The notes below the pieces were generated by a model. It was not told the DNA's origin, ran no database searches, and saw only the letters and a program-made list of their open reading frames with translations. From an uncultured Acidobacteriota bacterium (GTDB lineage: Bacteria; Acidobacteriota; Vicinamibacteria; Fen-336), in assembly GCA_963724555.1 (NCBI GenBank), contig CAVRVE010000006.1, forward strand, positions 110,517-174,516: 64,000 bases of DNA, written 5' to 3'. Of this stretch, positions 1 through 9,843 are shown piece by piece. The translations under genes were made by a program, and so were the position numbers. Numbering within the stretch: position 1 is the stretch's first letter; each line of letters begins with the position of its first letter.

Positions 1-1140
1 CACGGGATCACCGACAACACCGACCGCAGCCCGCGCAGCCACGAGCTCGTCACCTTCCCGCGCCTGCTCCACGACGCGGGGTACGAGACGGCCTTCCTCG
101 GCAAGTGGCACATGGGCGTCGACGACAGCGCGCGGCCCGGCTTCGACCACTGGGTCAGCGTGAAGGGACAGGGCCGCTACCTCGACCCCGAGTTCAACGT
201 GAACGGCGAGCGCCGGGTCGTCCCCGGGTACTTCACGGACATCCTGAACGGCTTCGCCCTGGACTTCCTGACGCGGCCGCACGCGAAGCCGTTCCTGCTG
301 TTCCTCGCGCACAAGGCCGTGCACCCCGACTTGACGCAGAACGCGGACGGCAGCGTCTCCGACCTGAACGCGAGCACCTTCGTTCCAGCCGAGCGGCACC
401 GGGCGCTCTACGCTCAGGCCCCGATCCCCCACCGCCCGAACCACGGCAAGCCGCCTGCGGGCAAGCCCGCGCTCGAGCGCCGATTCCCCGACCGGCCGCC
501 GCTCGGCCCGGCCACGGGGACGAGCGACGAGACGATCCGCGATCGGCTCCGCGTGCTGGCGGCGGTCGACGAGGGCCTGGGCCGGATGCTCCAGGCCCTG
601 GAGGCGAGCGGCCAGCTCGCGAACACGCTCGTCGTGTTCACGAGCGACGAAGGCTACTTCTACGGCGAGCACGGCCTGAGCGTCGAGCGGCGACTGGCGT
701 ACGAGGAGTCGGCGCGCATCCCGCTGCTGATGCGGCTGCCGTCGCTCGTCCAGGCGGGCCGTTCGATCGACGAGCTCACGCTCAGCATCGATCTCGCCCC
801 GACGCTGCTCGAGCTCTGCGGGGCCCCCAGGGCGCAGGGGATGCACGGCCGCTCGCTCGTGCCGCTGCTGCGAGGCGAGCGCGTCCCCTGGCGCGACTCG
901 CTCCTGATCGAGTACTTCTCCGACCACGTCTTCCCCTGGGTCGCGAACATGGGCTACCAGGCGGTGCGGACCCGGCGCTACAAGTACATCCACTACGTGG
1001 ACCTCGCCGGGATGGACGAGCTCTACGACCTCGACGCCGATCCGTACGAGCTCGCGAACCTCGCCGGCAAGGATGCAGGGCAGCCGGCGCTGCTCCAGCT
1101 GAAGCCGGAGCTCCAGAGGCTGATCGACGCGTCGCGCTGA
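1..1140 (+). CDS. type I sulfatase (arylsulfatase / N-acetylglucosamine-6-sulfatase family), 5' partial; continues upstream of the window
   Basis: Frame 1 is open from nt 1 (HGITDNTDRSPRSHELVTFPRLLHDAGYETAFLGKWHMG...). GKWHMG, FTSDEGYFYGEHG and a C-terminal YELANL region are typical of sulfatases. Stop at 1140. The ORF track lists 112..1140 from the first Met only. Confidence 0.8.
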   Translation, partial: HGITDNTDRSPRSHELVTFPRLLHDAGYETAFLGKWHMGVDDSARPGFDHWVSVKGQGRYLDPEFNVNGERRVVPGYFTDILNGFALDFLTRPHAKPFLLFLAHKAVHPDLTQNADGSVSDLNASTFVPAERHRALYAQAPIPHRPNHGKPPAGKPALERRFPDRPPLGPATGTSDETIRDRLRVLAAVDEGLGRMLQALEASGQLANTLVVFTSDEGYFYGEHGLSVERRLAYEESARIPLLMRLPSLVQAGRSIDELTLSIDLAPTLLELCGAPRAQGMHGRSLVPLLRGERVPWRDSLLIEYFSDHVFPWVANMGYQAVRTRRYKYIHYVDLAGMDELYDLDADPYELANLAGKDAGQPALLQLKPELQRLIDASR

Positions 1141-1340
1141 GCGCTGACGGCACAGTTTCGTCCGCTCCGGTCAGACCGCGGGCCCGGGCGGCGGCGTGTC
1201 GGTTGACCGCGAGCGGATCCGAAGGCCGCTCGCGGTCGAGGTACGGCCGGGCCGCTTCGCCGAGGGGGGCCCTCCGTTGCTTGACACCCCCCGAGAATCC
1301 GGACAAGTTCGAAGGGCTGGAGTCAACGGTGCAAGCCCTG

Positions 1341-2567
1341 ATGAAGCGCAGAGTCGGTCCCCTGGTCGGGGCGCTGGGCACGCTTCTGCTAGGCGTGGCC
1401 GGCGCAGGCTGCATGGCTGGGCGCGCGAGCGACGCGCCGCCCGCGCAGAGGCCCGTGAAGGTCCGCGTCGTGGCCGTGGCCTCGCGCACGATCCAGCGCA
1501 GCGTCGAGGCCGTGGGCTCGCTCTTCCCCTTCGAGGAGGTGACGGTCAGCGCCGAGGTCGAGGGGCGCATCGGCCAGGTTTACGTGGACGTGGGTGACCG
1601 CGTGGCCGAGGGACGTCCGCTCGTGAAGATCATCCCGGTCGAGCTCAGCCTGGCGCTCGACCAGGAGCAGGCGGCGCTCAAGCAGATCGAGACGCGGCTC
1701 GCGCCGCCGGAAGGGCAGCCGGCGCTCAAGGACGCGCGCGATACCGCCGAGGTCCGCAGAGCCGCGGCCGACCGCACGGACGCCGAGCAGAAGTATCAGC
1801 GTGCGAAAGAGCTCTGGGACCAGGGGCTGATCGCGCGCGGCGCGTTCGACGAGGCCGAGGCGCGCTACAGCTTCGCGCGGGCCGCCTACGACATGGCGCT
1901 GCAGAACGTGCGCACGCTGCAGGCCCAGGCCGTCCAGCGCTCCGCCTCGGTGGCGCTCGCCCAGAAGAAGCTCGGCGACACCGTGATCCGCGCGCCCTTC
2001 GCCGGCCAGGTGAAAGAACGCATGGTGAGCCCCGGCCAGTACGTGAAGGTGCAGACGCCGGCGATGGTGCTCGTGGACAACGACCCGCTGCGGGTGCGGC
2101 TCAAGGTCCCGGAGCGGATGGCGGGCTGGGTCGCCGTCGGCCAGCCCGTGACGGTGCAGGTGGAGGCCTACCCCGAGCGGAGCTTCACCGGCGAGATCTC
2201 GCGCATCAACCCGTCGGTCGACTCCCAGTCGCGGGCGTTCGAGGTCGAGGCCCTGCTCGACAACCGCGACGGCGCGCTCAAGCCGGGCTTCTTCGCGCGC
2301 GCCAGCATCGCGTCCAGCCACAAGGACGAGACGCTCGTCATCCCGAAGGGCGCGCTGCGCTACCTCTACGGCGTCTACAAGGTCTACGCCGTCGAGCACG
2401 GGGCTCTCAAGGAGACGGAGGTCAAGCTGGGCGCGCGCGAAGGCGACGAGGTCGAGGTGGTGGACGGCGTCAAGGTGGGCGAGCACGTCGCGGTCCCGCT
2501 CCCCGGCGAGGAGCTGCGCGACGGGGCGCCGGTGGCCGCGACGGCAGCCGCCAGCGCCGCCCCATGA
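1341..2567 (+). CDS. RND efflux periplasmic adaptor (membrane fusion protein, HlyD/AcrA family)
   Basis: ATG at 1341 is in frame with track ORF 105..2567. The N-terminal signal/lipobox-like segment is LVGALGTLLLGVAGAGC. A coiled-coil region and beta-barrel/lipoyl motifs follow. The stop overlaps the start of the downstream permease (ATGA). Confidence 0.8.
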   Translation: MKRRVGPLVGALGTLLLGVAGAGCMAGRASDAPPAQRPVKVRVVAVASRTIQRSVEAVGSLFPFEEVTVSAEVEGRIGQVYVDVGDRVAEGRPLVKIIPVELSLALDQEQAALKQIETRLAPPEGQPALKDARDTAEVRRAAADRTDAEQKYQRAKELWDQGLIARGAFDEAEARYSFARAAYDMALQNVRTLQAQAVQRSASVALAQKKLGDTVIRAPFAGQVKERMVSPGQYVKVQTPAMVLVDNDPLRVRLKVPERMAGWVAVGQPVTVQVEAYPERSFTGEISRINPSVDSQSRAFEVEALLDNRDGALKPGFFARASIASSHKDETLVIPKGALRYLYGVYKVYAVEHGALKETEVKLGAREGDEVEVVDGVKVGEHVAVPLPGEELRDGAPVAATAAASAAP

Positions 2568-5500
2568 CGCTCGCGGAGCTGTGCGTCCGGCGCGGCGTCT
2601 TCGCCGTGATGCTGATCGCGTTCCTCGTGGTGCTGGGAGGCTTCTCCTTCCGCGAGCTGGGGGTGGACCTCTTCCCGCGCGCCGATCCCGCCACGGTCAA
2701 CATCAACGTGCGGCTGCCGGGCGCGACCCCGGAGGAGATCACCACCCAGGTGGTGCTGCCGCTCGAGGAGGCGCTTTCCACCGTGAGCGGGCTCGACGAG
2801 CTGAGCTCGACCGCGACGGAGGGCCAGGCGCGCATCCGCTGCCAGTTCGTGCTCGAGCGCGAGATCGAGAGCGCGGCGCAGGACGTGCGCGAGAAGGTGG
2901 CGGGGGCGCTCGGCGACCTGCCGCCGAACATCCTGCCGCCCGTCATCCAGAAGGCCGATCCCGATGCGGACCCCGTGATCACGCTCGTGGTCGCCGGCGA
3001 TCGCAGCCTGCGCGAGACGACCGAGATCGCCGACAAGCGCATCAAGCGCGTGCTCGAGGCGGTCGACGGGGTGGGCGAGGTGAGCCTGACCGGCGCGCGC
3101 CTGCGGCAGATCCGCGTGCTCGCCGACGCCGACAAGCTCGCCGCCTACGGCATCACCATCATCGACGTCGAGCGCGCGATCCAGAACGAGAACGTGGAGG
3201 TCCCCGGCGGCACGATCGTGCGCGGAGACTCCGAGCTCGGGATCCGCACGCTCGGGCGGCTCGACGCGGTCTCGCAGTTCGCGGACGTGATCGTGCGCAA
3301 CGTCGGCGGCAGCCCGGTCCGCATCCGCGACCTCGGCCGCGTCGAGGACAGCTTCGCCGAGCCCCGCTCCTGGAACATGCTCGAGGGCCGGCAGGCGGTC
3401 TCGCTCGACGTGCGGCGGCAGTCCGGCACCAACACCGTCAGGATCATCGACGCCATCAAGCAGAAGCTCGACGAGATCAGGCGCACGCTGCCCGCGGGCG
3501 TGAGCGTGCGCGTCATCCGCGACCAGTCGGTGTTCATCAACGCCTCGGTCGCCTCGCTCGAGGAGCACCTGCTGTTCGGCAGCCTGCTCGCGAGCCTGGT
3601 CGTGTTCCTGTTCATCCGCAACCTGCGCTCGGTGGTGATCGCCGCGCTCGCGATCCCGACCTCGATCGTCGCCACCTTCACGCTGCTGAAGGCGATGGAC
3701 TTCACGCTCAACAACATGACGCTGCTGGCGCTGACGCTGGCGGTGGGGATCGTGATCGACGACGCGATCGTGGTGCTCGAGAACATCGTCCGCTACCTGG
3801 AGGAGAAGCGCTACGAGCCGCGGCTGGCGGCGATCGAGGCGACCAAGGAGATCACGCTCGCCGTGGTGGCCACGACGCTCTCGCTCGTGATCATCTTCCT
3901 GCCGATCGCCTTCATGAGCGGCTATGCGCGCCGCTACGTGAACCAGTTCGGCTGGACGATGGCGTTCGCGATCCTGGTCTCGATGCTGGTGAGCTTCACG
4001 CTCACGCCGATGCTGAGCTCGCGGCTGCTGCGCCGCGCTCCCGCGGGCGAGCCGGAGCACGCCTCGAAGGAGTGGCCATTCTTCGCCTGGATCGACCGGC
4101 GCTATGGCGAGATCCTGCGCTGGGCGCTCGACCATCGCCGCGCGGTCATGCTCGGCACGCTGGTGACGTTCCTGCTCGCGTTCCCGCTCAACGCGCTCGT
4201 GGGACGCGACTGGATCCCGCCGGACGACCAGGGCGAGCTCACGGCGCTGCTGAACCTGCCCGAGGGGACCTCGCTCGACGCCACCTCGCGGCTCGCCACC
4301 GAGCTCAGCGAGCGCATCCGGAAGATCCCGGGCGTCGCGTTCGTCAACCCCTTCGTGCACGAGGGGCTGATGAGCCACTCCCACATCTACATCAAGCTCG
4401 TGGACCTGCGCGAGCGGAAGCTCTCGAACCAGGACGTGGCCCAGGAGGTGCGGAGCCTCTGCGCCAGCTACCCGAACCTGCGCAACAAGATCATGATCCC
4501 GTCCGCGCTCGGCGGCGGCGAGAGCTTCTTCCCGATCCGCGCCCTGATCCTCGGTCCCGAGTTCGGCCGGGTGGTGGAGATCTCGAAGGACGCGGCGGGC
4601 CGGCTGCGGAAGATCCCGGGCCTGCTGGACATCGACACCAGCGTGAGCATCAACAGCCCCGAGCTGCAGGTCGCCGTCGACCGCCAGCGCGCCTCCGACC
4701 TCGGCGTGCGGGCGGCCGACATCGGCAACGCCTTGCGGCTGATGATCGCGGGCGAGGACCAGATCTCGACCTACAAGGAAGAGGACGAGCAGTACCACGT
4801 CACGCTCCAGCTGCTGCCCGAGCAGCAGAAGAACCCCGATGTGCTCGCGCGGCTGATGATCCCGTCGAGCAAGGTCGGCCAGGTGCGGCTCGACAGCGTG
4901 GCCGAGATCAAGCGCGGCGTGGGCCCGGCGCGCATCGAGCGCTACAACCGCCAGTTCCAGGCGCAGATCTTCGGGAACAACGCCCCCGACTTCCCGCTCG
5001 GCACCGCGGCCGCGCGGGTGGGCGACACGATCAAGGAGATCGGCCTGCCCGCGGGCTACGGCTTCCGCTTCACCGGCGCCGTGAAGATCCTCGACGAGAC
5101 CACCCGCAACCTGATCATCGCCTTCCTGCTGGCCTCGATCTTCATGTACATGGTGCTGGCGGCCCAGTTCGACAGCTTCCTGCACCCGTTCACCATCATG
5201 CTGAGCCTGCCGCTCAGCATTCCGTTCGCGCTCTTCTCGCTCCTCGTCACCGGCCGCACGCTCAACCTCTGGAGCTCGCTCGGCGTGCTGCTGCTGCTCG
5301 GGATCGTGAAGAAGAACGGCATCCTGCAGGTGGACTACACGAACAAGCTCCGCGAGCAGGGCGTGCCGCTGCGCGAGGCGATCCTGCAGGCCAACCACGT
5401 GCGGCTCAGGCCCATCCTGATGACCACCTTCTCGATCGTGGCCGGCCTCATCCCGACCGCGCTCGGGATCGGCGCCGGCTCGGCGCAGCGCTCGGCGGTG

Positions 5501-5692
5501 GCGGTCACGATCATCGGGGGGCAGGCGCTCTGCCTGCTGCCCACGCTGCTCGTCACTCCCGTCGCCTATTCGCTCTTCGCGGAGACCGAAGCCCGCTCCG
5601 CTTATGCCGTGCTGGGGCGGGCGCTGCCCTGGCTGCTCGGTCGCCGTCGCGACCTCTCGCGCGAGCGCAGCGCGTCCGGCCGACACGAGTAG
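2564..5692 (+). CDS. RND efflux transporter permease (HAE1/AcrB family), 1042 aa
   Basis: Uninterrupted 1042 aa ORF. The N-terminus RRGVFAVMLIAFLVVLGGFSF..., the large periplasmic loops and the twelve-TM architecture are characteristic of AcrB-type pumps. Codon third positions are strongly G/C. Confidence 0.9.
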   Translation: MTLAELCVRRGVFAVMLIAFLVVLGGFSFRELGVDLFPRADPATVNINVRLPGATPEEITTQVVLPLEEALSTVSGLDELSSTATEGQARIRCQFVLEREIESAAQDVREKVAGALGDLPPNILPPVIQKADPDADPVITLVVAGDRSLRETTEIADKRIKRVLEAVDGVGEVSLTGARLRQIRVLADADKLAAYGITIIDVERAIQNENVEVPGGTIVRGDSELGIRTLGRLDAVSQFADVIVRNVGGSPVRIRDLGRVEDSFAEPRSWNMLEGRQAVSLDVRRQSGTNTVRIIDAIKQKLDEIRRTLPAGVSVRVIRDQSVFINASVASLEEHLLFGSLLASLVVFLFIRNLRSVVIAALAIPTSIVATFTLLKAMDFTLNNMTLLALTLAVGIVIDDAIVVLENIVRYLEEKRYEPRLAAIEATKEITLAVVATTLSLVIIFLPIAFMSGYARRYVNQFGWTMAFAILVSMLVSFTLTPMLSSRLLRRAPAGEPEHASKEWPFFAWIDRRYGEILRWALDHRRAVMLGTLVTFLLAFPLNALVGRDWIPPDDQGELTALLNLPEGTSLDATSRLATELSERIRKIPGVAFVNPFVHEGLMSHSHIYIKLVDLRERKLSNQDVAQEVRSLCASYPNLRNKIMIPSALGGGESFFPIRALILGPEFGRVVEISKDAAGRLRKIPGLLDIDTSVSINSPELQVAVDRQRASDLGVRAADIGNALRLMIAGEDQISTYKEEDEQYHVTLQLLPEQQKNPDVLARLMIPSSKVGQVRLDSVAEIKRGVGPARIERYNRQFQAQIFGNNAPDFPLGTAAARVGDTIKEIGLPAGYGFRFTGAVKILDETTRNLIIAFLLASIFMYMVLAAQFDSFLHPFTIMLSLPLSIPFALFSLLVTGRTLNLWSSLGVLLLLGIVKKNGILQVDYTNKLREQGVPLREAILQANHVRLRPILMTTFSIVAGLIPTALGIGAGSAQRSAVAVTIIGGQALCLLPTLLVTPVAYSLFAETEARSAYAVLGRALPWLLGRRRDLSRERSASGRHE

Positions 5693-5699
5693 ATTCAAT

Positions 5700-5807
5700 A
5701 AGTTAGACGGTCGTCCTGTCATGACTTGACATGGCACGGAACTATGCCGATATTCTTAACGTAGTTAAGTTCAAGAACACTGAATCGCAACGAAGCGAGC
5801 AAGGGCA
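5700..5807 (+). promoter_or_regulatory. AT-richer intergenic region: candidate sigma70-like promoter (TTGACA ~5726-5731, 17 nt spacer, GATATT) and palindromes (GTCATGAC 5719-5726; CTTAAC-GTA-GTTAAG 5755-5769) = candidate TetR operator
   Basis: Local GC is much lower than the surrounding coding sequence. Inverted repeats lie directly upstream of the TetR gene. TetR-family repressors bind palindromic operators. Confidence 0.4.
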
Positions 5808-6428
5808 ATGGGAATCACGGAACGGCGCGAGCGGGAGCGAGAGGCAGTCCGGAAGAAGATCCTCGACGCCGCGCGCGAGCTCTTCGAAGCCGAGGGCTAC
5901 GACAGCGTCACGATGCGCCGCATCGCCGAGGCGATCGAGTACTCGCCCACCACGATCTACCTGCACTTCGAGGACAAGGACGACCTCGTGCGGGCGCTCT
6001 GCAACGAGGACTTCGGGCGCCTGCTGGAGGCGCTCTCGCTCATCCCGCCCGCCGCCGACCCGATCGAGTCGATCCGGCAGCTCGGGCGCGCGTACGTCGG
6101 CTTCGCGGTCGACAACCCGAACCACTTCCGATTCATGTTCATGTCCACCCACCACAAGGACGAGGCGCACACGCCGGACGACCCGGGCTGGCGCTCGTTC
6201 GGCGCGCTGCTCGACGCCGTGAAGCGCGCGGTCGCGGCCGGCCGCTTCAAGTCGATCGACCCGCTGACCGCCGCGCAGGTGCTGTGGATGAACGTGCACG
6301 GCGTCGCCTGCGCGCTGATCACGATGCCGCCCGAGCAGTGGCCCCACGGGCCGGCCGCGAACGACCTCCTCGATCGGGTGATCGAGAACGGGATCCGCGG
6401 GCTCGTCGCCGATCCGGAGCAGGCCTAG
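5808..6428 (+). CDS. TetR/AcrR family transcriptional regulator
   Basis: The N-terminal HTH is ILDAARELFEAEGYDSVTMRRIAEAIEYSPTTIYLHFEDKDDL, the TetR_N signature. The C-terminal half is a ligand-binding domain. The gene sits between the two efflux operons. Confidence 0.85.
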   Translation: MGITERREREREAVRKKILDAARELFEAEGYDSVTMRRIAEAIEYSPTTIYLHFEDKDDLVRALCNEDFGRLLEALSLIPPAADPIESIRQLGRAYVGFAVDNPNHFRFMFMSTHHKDEAHTPDDPGWRSFGALLDAVKRAVAAGRFKSIDPLTAAQVLWMNVHGVACALITMPPEQWPHGPAANDLLDRVIENGIRGLVADPEQA

Positions 6429-6432
6429 AGCC

Positions 6433-7557
6433 ATGGTCTCGCTCGCCCGCAAGAACCTGCTCCACGACAGGCTCCGCTTCGTGATCACGGTCGCGGGCGT
6501 CGCCTTCGCCGTCACGCTGGTGCTGGTCCAGGTGGGCCTCTTCATGGGCCTGCTCGACAAGTCGACGGTGACGATCCGCAACGCGGGCGCCGACCTGTGG
6601 ATCACCTCGCACAACACGCCGAACGTCGACTTCGCGCGCACCTTCCCGGAGACGGCGGTGCTGCGCGCGCGCAGCGTGGCGGGCGTCGAGCGCGCCGACA
6701 ACCTGATCGTCTCGTTCATGAACATCCAGCTGCCGAACGGGGCGCTCGAGGGCGCGCTCGTCTACGCGCTCGAGGACTTCAGGGCGTGGCGGCTGCCCTG
6801 GAACGTGCCGGAGGGCGCGCCCGAGGACCTGCGGCGCGGCTACAGCCTGCTGATGGACCGCTCGGCGGCGCTGCGCTACGGCGCCTTCGCGGTCGGCGAG
6901 CAGCGCGAGATCCTGGGCCGCCGCTTCCGCATCGTGGGCACGACGCAGGAGGCCGCGTCCTTCACGACGACGCCGATCGTGTTCATGGACTACAGGAACG
7001 CGCAGGAGCTGCAGCAGACGCTGCGCGGCAACACCACCTACGTGCTCGTGAAGCTCGCGCCCGGCGCCGACGCGCGCGCCGTGCAGGCCGAGCTCAGGCG
7101 GCGGCTGCCCTACAACGACGTGCTGACGCGCGACGAGTGGGCGCTGCAGTCGCGGAACTACTGGGTGCGGTCGACCGGCCTCGGCATGAGCATGGGCGTC
7201 ACGGTGTTCCTCGGCGTCCTGGTCGGGATCGTGATCGTGGCGCAGACGCTCTACACCTCGGCCGTCGAGCACATCAAGGAGTTCGGGACGGTCAAGGCGA
7301 TCGGCGGCTCGAACCTCGACATCTACCGCATCCTCGGCGAGCAGGCGCTGGTCGCGGCCTTCCTGGGCTTCGCGCTCGGCGCGCTCTTCTCGTACCTGGC
7401 GCGGCCGCTGATGGCGGCGATCCACCTGAACGTGCTGCTCACTCCCGGCTTCAGCGCCGTGGTGTTCGCGGGAACGGTGCTCATGTGCCTGGGCTCCGCG
7501 CTCTTCAGCTTCCGGCGCGTCGCGAGCATCGATCCCGCGCTGGTGTTCCGGACCTAG
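6433..7557 (+). CDS. ABC transporter permease, FtsX/MacB/DevC family
   Basis: An N-terminal TM helix is followed by a large periplasmic domain and three C-terminal TM helices. It is directly followed by an ABC ATPase and an HlyD adaptor. Confidence 0.8.
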   Translation: MVSLARKNLLHDRLRFVITVAGVAFAVTLVLVQVGLFMGLLDKSTVTIRNAGADLWITSHNTPNVDFARTFPETAVLRARSVAGVERADNLIVSFMNIQLPNGALEGALVYALEDFRAWRLPWNVPEGAPEDLRRGYSLLMDRSAALRYGAFAVGEQREILGRRFRIVGTTQEAASFTTTPIVFMDYRNAQELQQTLRGNTTYVLVKLAPGADARAVQAELRRRLPYNDVLTRDEWALQSRNYWVRSTGLGMSMGVTVFLGVLVGIVIVAQTLYTSAVEHIKEFGTVKAIGGSNLDIYRILGEQALVAAFLGFALGALFSYLARPLMAAIHLNVLLTPGFSAVVFAGTVLMCLGSALFSFRRVASIDPALVFRT

Positions 7558-7565
7558 GAGCCGCC

Positions 7566-8268
7566 ATGAGCGAGAAGGTGCTGGCCGTCCGCGACGTGAC
7601 CAAGGTCTTCGACGAGGGCCGCCAGCGCGTCCACGTGCTCAAGGGGATCACGATGGACGTGGCCCAGGGCGAGGTGGTGGCGCTCGAGGGCCCCTCGGGC
7701 TCCGGCAAGACGACGCTGCTCTCGATCATGGGCTGCATCCTCACGCCCAGCTCGGGCGAGCTCGAGGTGGCGGGACGGCGCGTCGGCGCGGCGGACGCCG
7801 CGGCGCTCCGCGAGGTCAGGCGCCGCTCGATCGGGTTCGTGTTCCAGCAGTACAACCTGTTCCCGGCGCTCACGGCGCTCGAGAACGTGGAGTACTCGCT
7901 GAACGTGCGCGGGACCCGCGGCCGCTGCTGCCCACGACGAGGCGAAGCGCGTGCTCGAGCGGGTCGGGCTCGCCGAGCGCGCGGGCTTCCTGCCGCGCGA
8001 CCTGTCGGGCGGGCAGAAGCAGCGCGTGGCGATCGCGCGCGCCCTGGCGGGCTCGCCGCCGGTGCTGCTGGCGGACGAGCCGACGGCCAATCTGGACACC
8101 GCCGTCGGCGGCCAGATCCTCGACCTGTTCCAGCAGCTGGCGAAGAGCGAGGGGCGAGGTGTCCTGGTCGTGACTCACGACCCGAACGTGCGGCGGATCG
8201 CCGATCGCGTGGTGGGGATCCGCGACGGACGGCTGGTGACGGACGGAGTCGAGCAGGCGGCGGCGTGA
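7566..8268 (+). CDS. ABC transporter ATP-binding protein (MacB/LolD/DevA-like), interrupted by an apparent single-base frameshift near 7915-7950
   Basis: The N-terminal part in the frame of track ORF 6597..8297 carries the Walker A motif GPSGSGKTT and a Q-loop. The C-terminal part in the frame of ORF 7951..8268 carries the LSGGQKQRVAIARAL signature, the Walker B motif LLADEPT and an H-loop. The two halves are offset by one nucleotide within cgcggccgctgctgcc. Confidence 0.7.
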
Positions 8269-8293
8269 GCGGGGCGAAGGGAGCGGTACGGCG

Positions 8294-9181
8294 ATGACGC
8301 GACGGGCGCAGTTGGTGCTGGGCCTCATGGCGGGCGGCGCGGTGGTGGGAGCGACGGTGCTCCAGGCGCGCGCGGTCCAGACGGGATCGCAGGTCACGAT
8401 CGCGACGCTGCCGACGGCGGCGCCGAGCGGGATCGCGGCGGAGGGCCGCGTGGTCGCGTATCCGGGAGCCGAGGTGCGCGTGGGCGCCGAGCGCGCCGGC
8501 CGCCTCGTGCGCGTGCTCGTGCAGGAAGGCGATCTCGTGCGCAAGGGCCAGCTGCTCGCCGAGATCGACTCGGACGAGCTGCGTGCGGAGCTCGCGGAGG
8601 CGCGCGCGCGCGTGGTGGAGGCCGAGGCCGAGGTGCGGCTGTCCGAGTCGACCCTCGCGCGCCGCCAGCAGCTCCAGCAGGAGCGCATCCTCGCCGCGCA
8701 CGACCTCGACGAGGCGACGCGCGACTTCGAGACCGCTCGCGCCCGCGTCGAGACGGCGCGCGCCTCGGTCGCGCGCTACGCCGCGCTCGTCGCGAAGAGC
8801 CGGATCGCCGCGCCGATCACGGGCACGCTGGTGGCGCGCGTGGTCGACGCCGGCCAGATGGTCGAGACCGGCGACCACGCCTTCACGGTCGCGGACCTGG
8901 AGCGGCTGCGCATCGAGGGCGAGGCGCACGAGGCCGACGCGGGCGGCGTCGCCCTGGGCGCCGCCGTGAAGATCACCGCCGACGGCTATCCGGGACGCTC
9001 CTGGCGCGGCACGATCGAAGAGGTGCCCGGCTCCGTGACGCTGCGCCGCATCAAGCCGCAGGACCCGAGCCGCCCCACCGACGCGCGCGTGCTGGCCGTG
9101 AAGGTCGCGTTCGCCGAGCCGGTGCCGCTGCGCCTGGGCACGACGGTCGACCTGCGCATCACGCCGAGCGAGCCTCGCTGA
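8294..9181 (+). CDS. HlyD-family periplasmic adaptor (DevB/MacA-like) of the ABC exporter
   Basis: N-terminal TM anchor, coiled coil (AELAEARARVVEAEAEVRLSES...) and a beta-barrel domain. It lies immediately downstream of the ABC ATPase. Confidence 0.75.
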   Translation: MTRRAQLVLGLMAGGAVVGATVLQARAVQTGSQVTIATLPTAAPSGIAAEGRVVAYPGAEVRVGAERAGRLVRVLVQEGDLVRKGQLLAEIDSDELRAELAEARARVVEAEAEVRLSESTLARRQQLQQERILAAHDLDEATRDFETARARVETARASVARYAALVAKSRIAAPITGTLVARVVDAGQMVETGDHAFTVADLERLRIEGEAHEADAGGVALGAAVKITADGYPGRSWRGTIEEVPGSVTLRRIKPQDPSRPTDARVLAVKVAFAEPVPLRLGTTVDLRITPSEPR

Positions 9182-9257
9182 CGCTCGCTCCGGCCGGCGT
9201 GCCGTGTGGGCGCCGTCACTCGCCCGAAAGAGACGAAGGCGCTACGCTCGAAGCTGC

Positions 9258-9704
9258 ATGAGACCCAGCCTCGTCGTGGCGGCCTGCGCCGCCGCCGCTC
9301 TGCTGCTCGCTGCCGAGCCGGCGCGCGCGCAGGGCGGATTCGGCGTTCGCACCGGCATCAGCGTCGACCCCGACCAGTTCTACTTCGGAGCGCACGTCGA
9401 CGCCGGGCCTCTCGTGAAGAGCCTCTGGTTCCGGCCGAACATCGAGGTCGGAGTCGGCGACGACGTCACGCTGATCGCGCTGAACCTGGAGCTCGCGTAC
9501 TGGTTCCCGTCGAAGAGCAGCTGGCGTCTCTACGCGGGAGGCGGACCGGCTCTCAACATCTACGACTACGACAGCGGCTCCGACACCCAGGCCGGGCTCA
9601 ACTTCGTGCTGGGAGTCGCCCATCGCGGCGGCTTCTTCGTGGAAGCGAAGGTCGGCGCCTTCGACAGCCCGAACCTCAAGTTCGGGTTTGGATATTCCTT
9701 CTAG
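9258..9704 (+). CDS. small outer-membrane beta-barrel protein (OmpA-like / OMP_b-brl family)
   Basis: Signal peptide MRPSLVVAACAAAALLLAAEPARAQ. Alternating hydrophobic beta-strand pattern. C-terminal aromatic residue (…FGFGYSF). ATG is in frame with track ORF 9204..9704. Confidence 0.6.
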   Translation: MRPSLVVAACAAAALLLAAEPARAQGGFGVRTGISVDPDQFYFGAHVDAGPLVKSLWFRPNIEVGVGDDVTLIALNLELAYWFPSKSSWRLYAGGGPALNIYDYDSGSDTQAGLNFVLGVAHRGGFFVEAKVGAFDSPNLKFGFGYSF

Positions 9705-9713
9705 CAGGGGTGC

Positions 9714-9732
9714 GGGGGGCGCTAAGCCCCCC
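9714..9732 (+). terminator. GC-rich hairpin GGGGGGC-GCTAA-GCCCCCC directly after the beta-barrel gene stop
   Basis: 7 bp perfect stem with a 5 nt loop starting 10 nt after the stop codon. An identical 19-mer recurs at 17722-17740. Confidence 0.4.
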
Positions 9733-9843
9733 GAAGATTCTGTCCAGAAGGTCCGTCGGCTAATTTTCCGTTTGTGGTTCATCCCACCCTTCCGAGCCCC
9801 CTCTCGTCTTCGCGATAGACTCCCGCCCGCCTCGGAGGAATCG

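Noticed and set aside
105-1340. The N-terminal 412 codons of the 820 aa track ORF 105..2567, overlapping the sulfatase gene in another frame.
   Set aside because: The translation (RRRQRAARLRPLG…) is pure Arg/Pro/Ala repeat. The sulfatase frame carries real motifs. The genuine adaptor gene starts at the ATG at 1341.
2384-5737. A 1117 aa ORF on the minus strand overlapping the whole AcrB-like gene.
   Set aside because: It is antisense to a clearly genuine RND permease. Its translation is Arg/Ala/Gly-rich and low-complexity, as expected for off-frame ORFs in 70% GC DNA. No conserved motifs.
9709-9735. The GCGCTAAGCCCCCC repeat considered as a tRNA fragment or integration-site remnant.
   Set aside because: It is too short. 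It has no acceptor/T-arm structure. There is no flanking integrase or direct repeat. The simple hairpin is better explained as a terminator or REP-like element.
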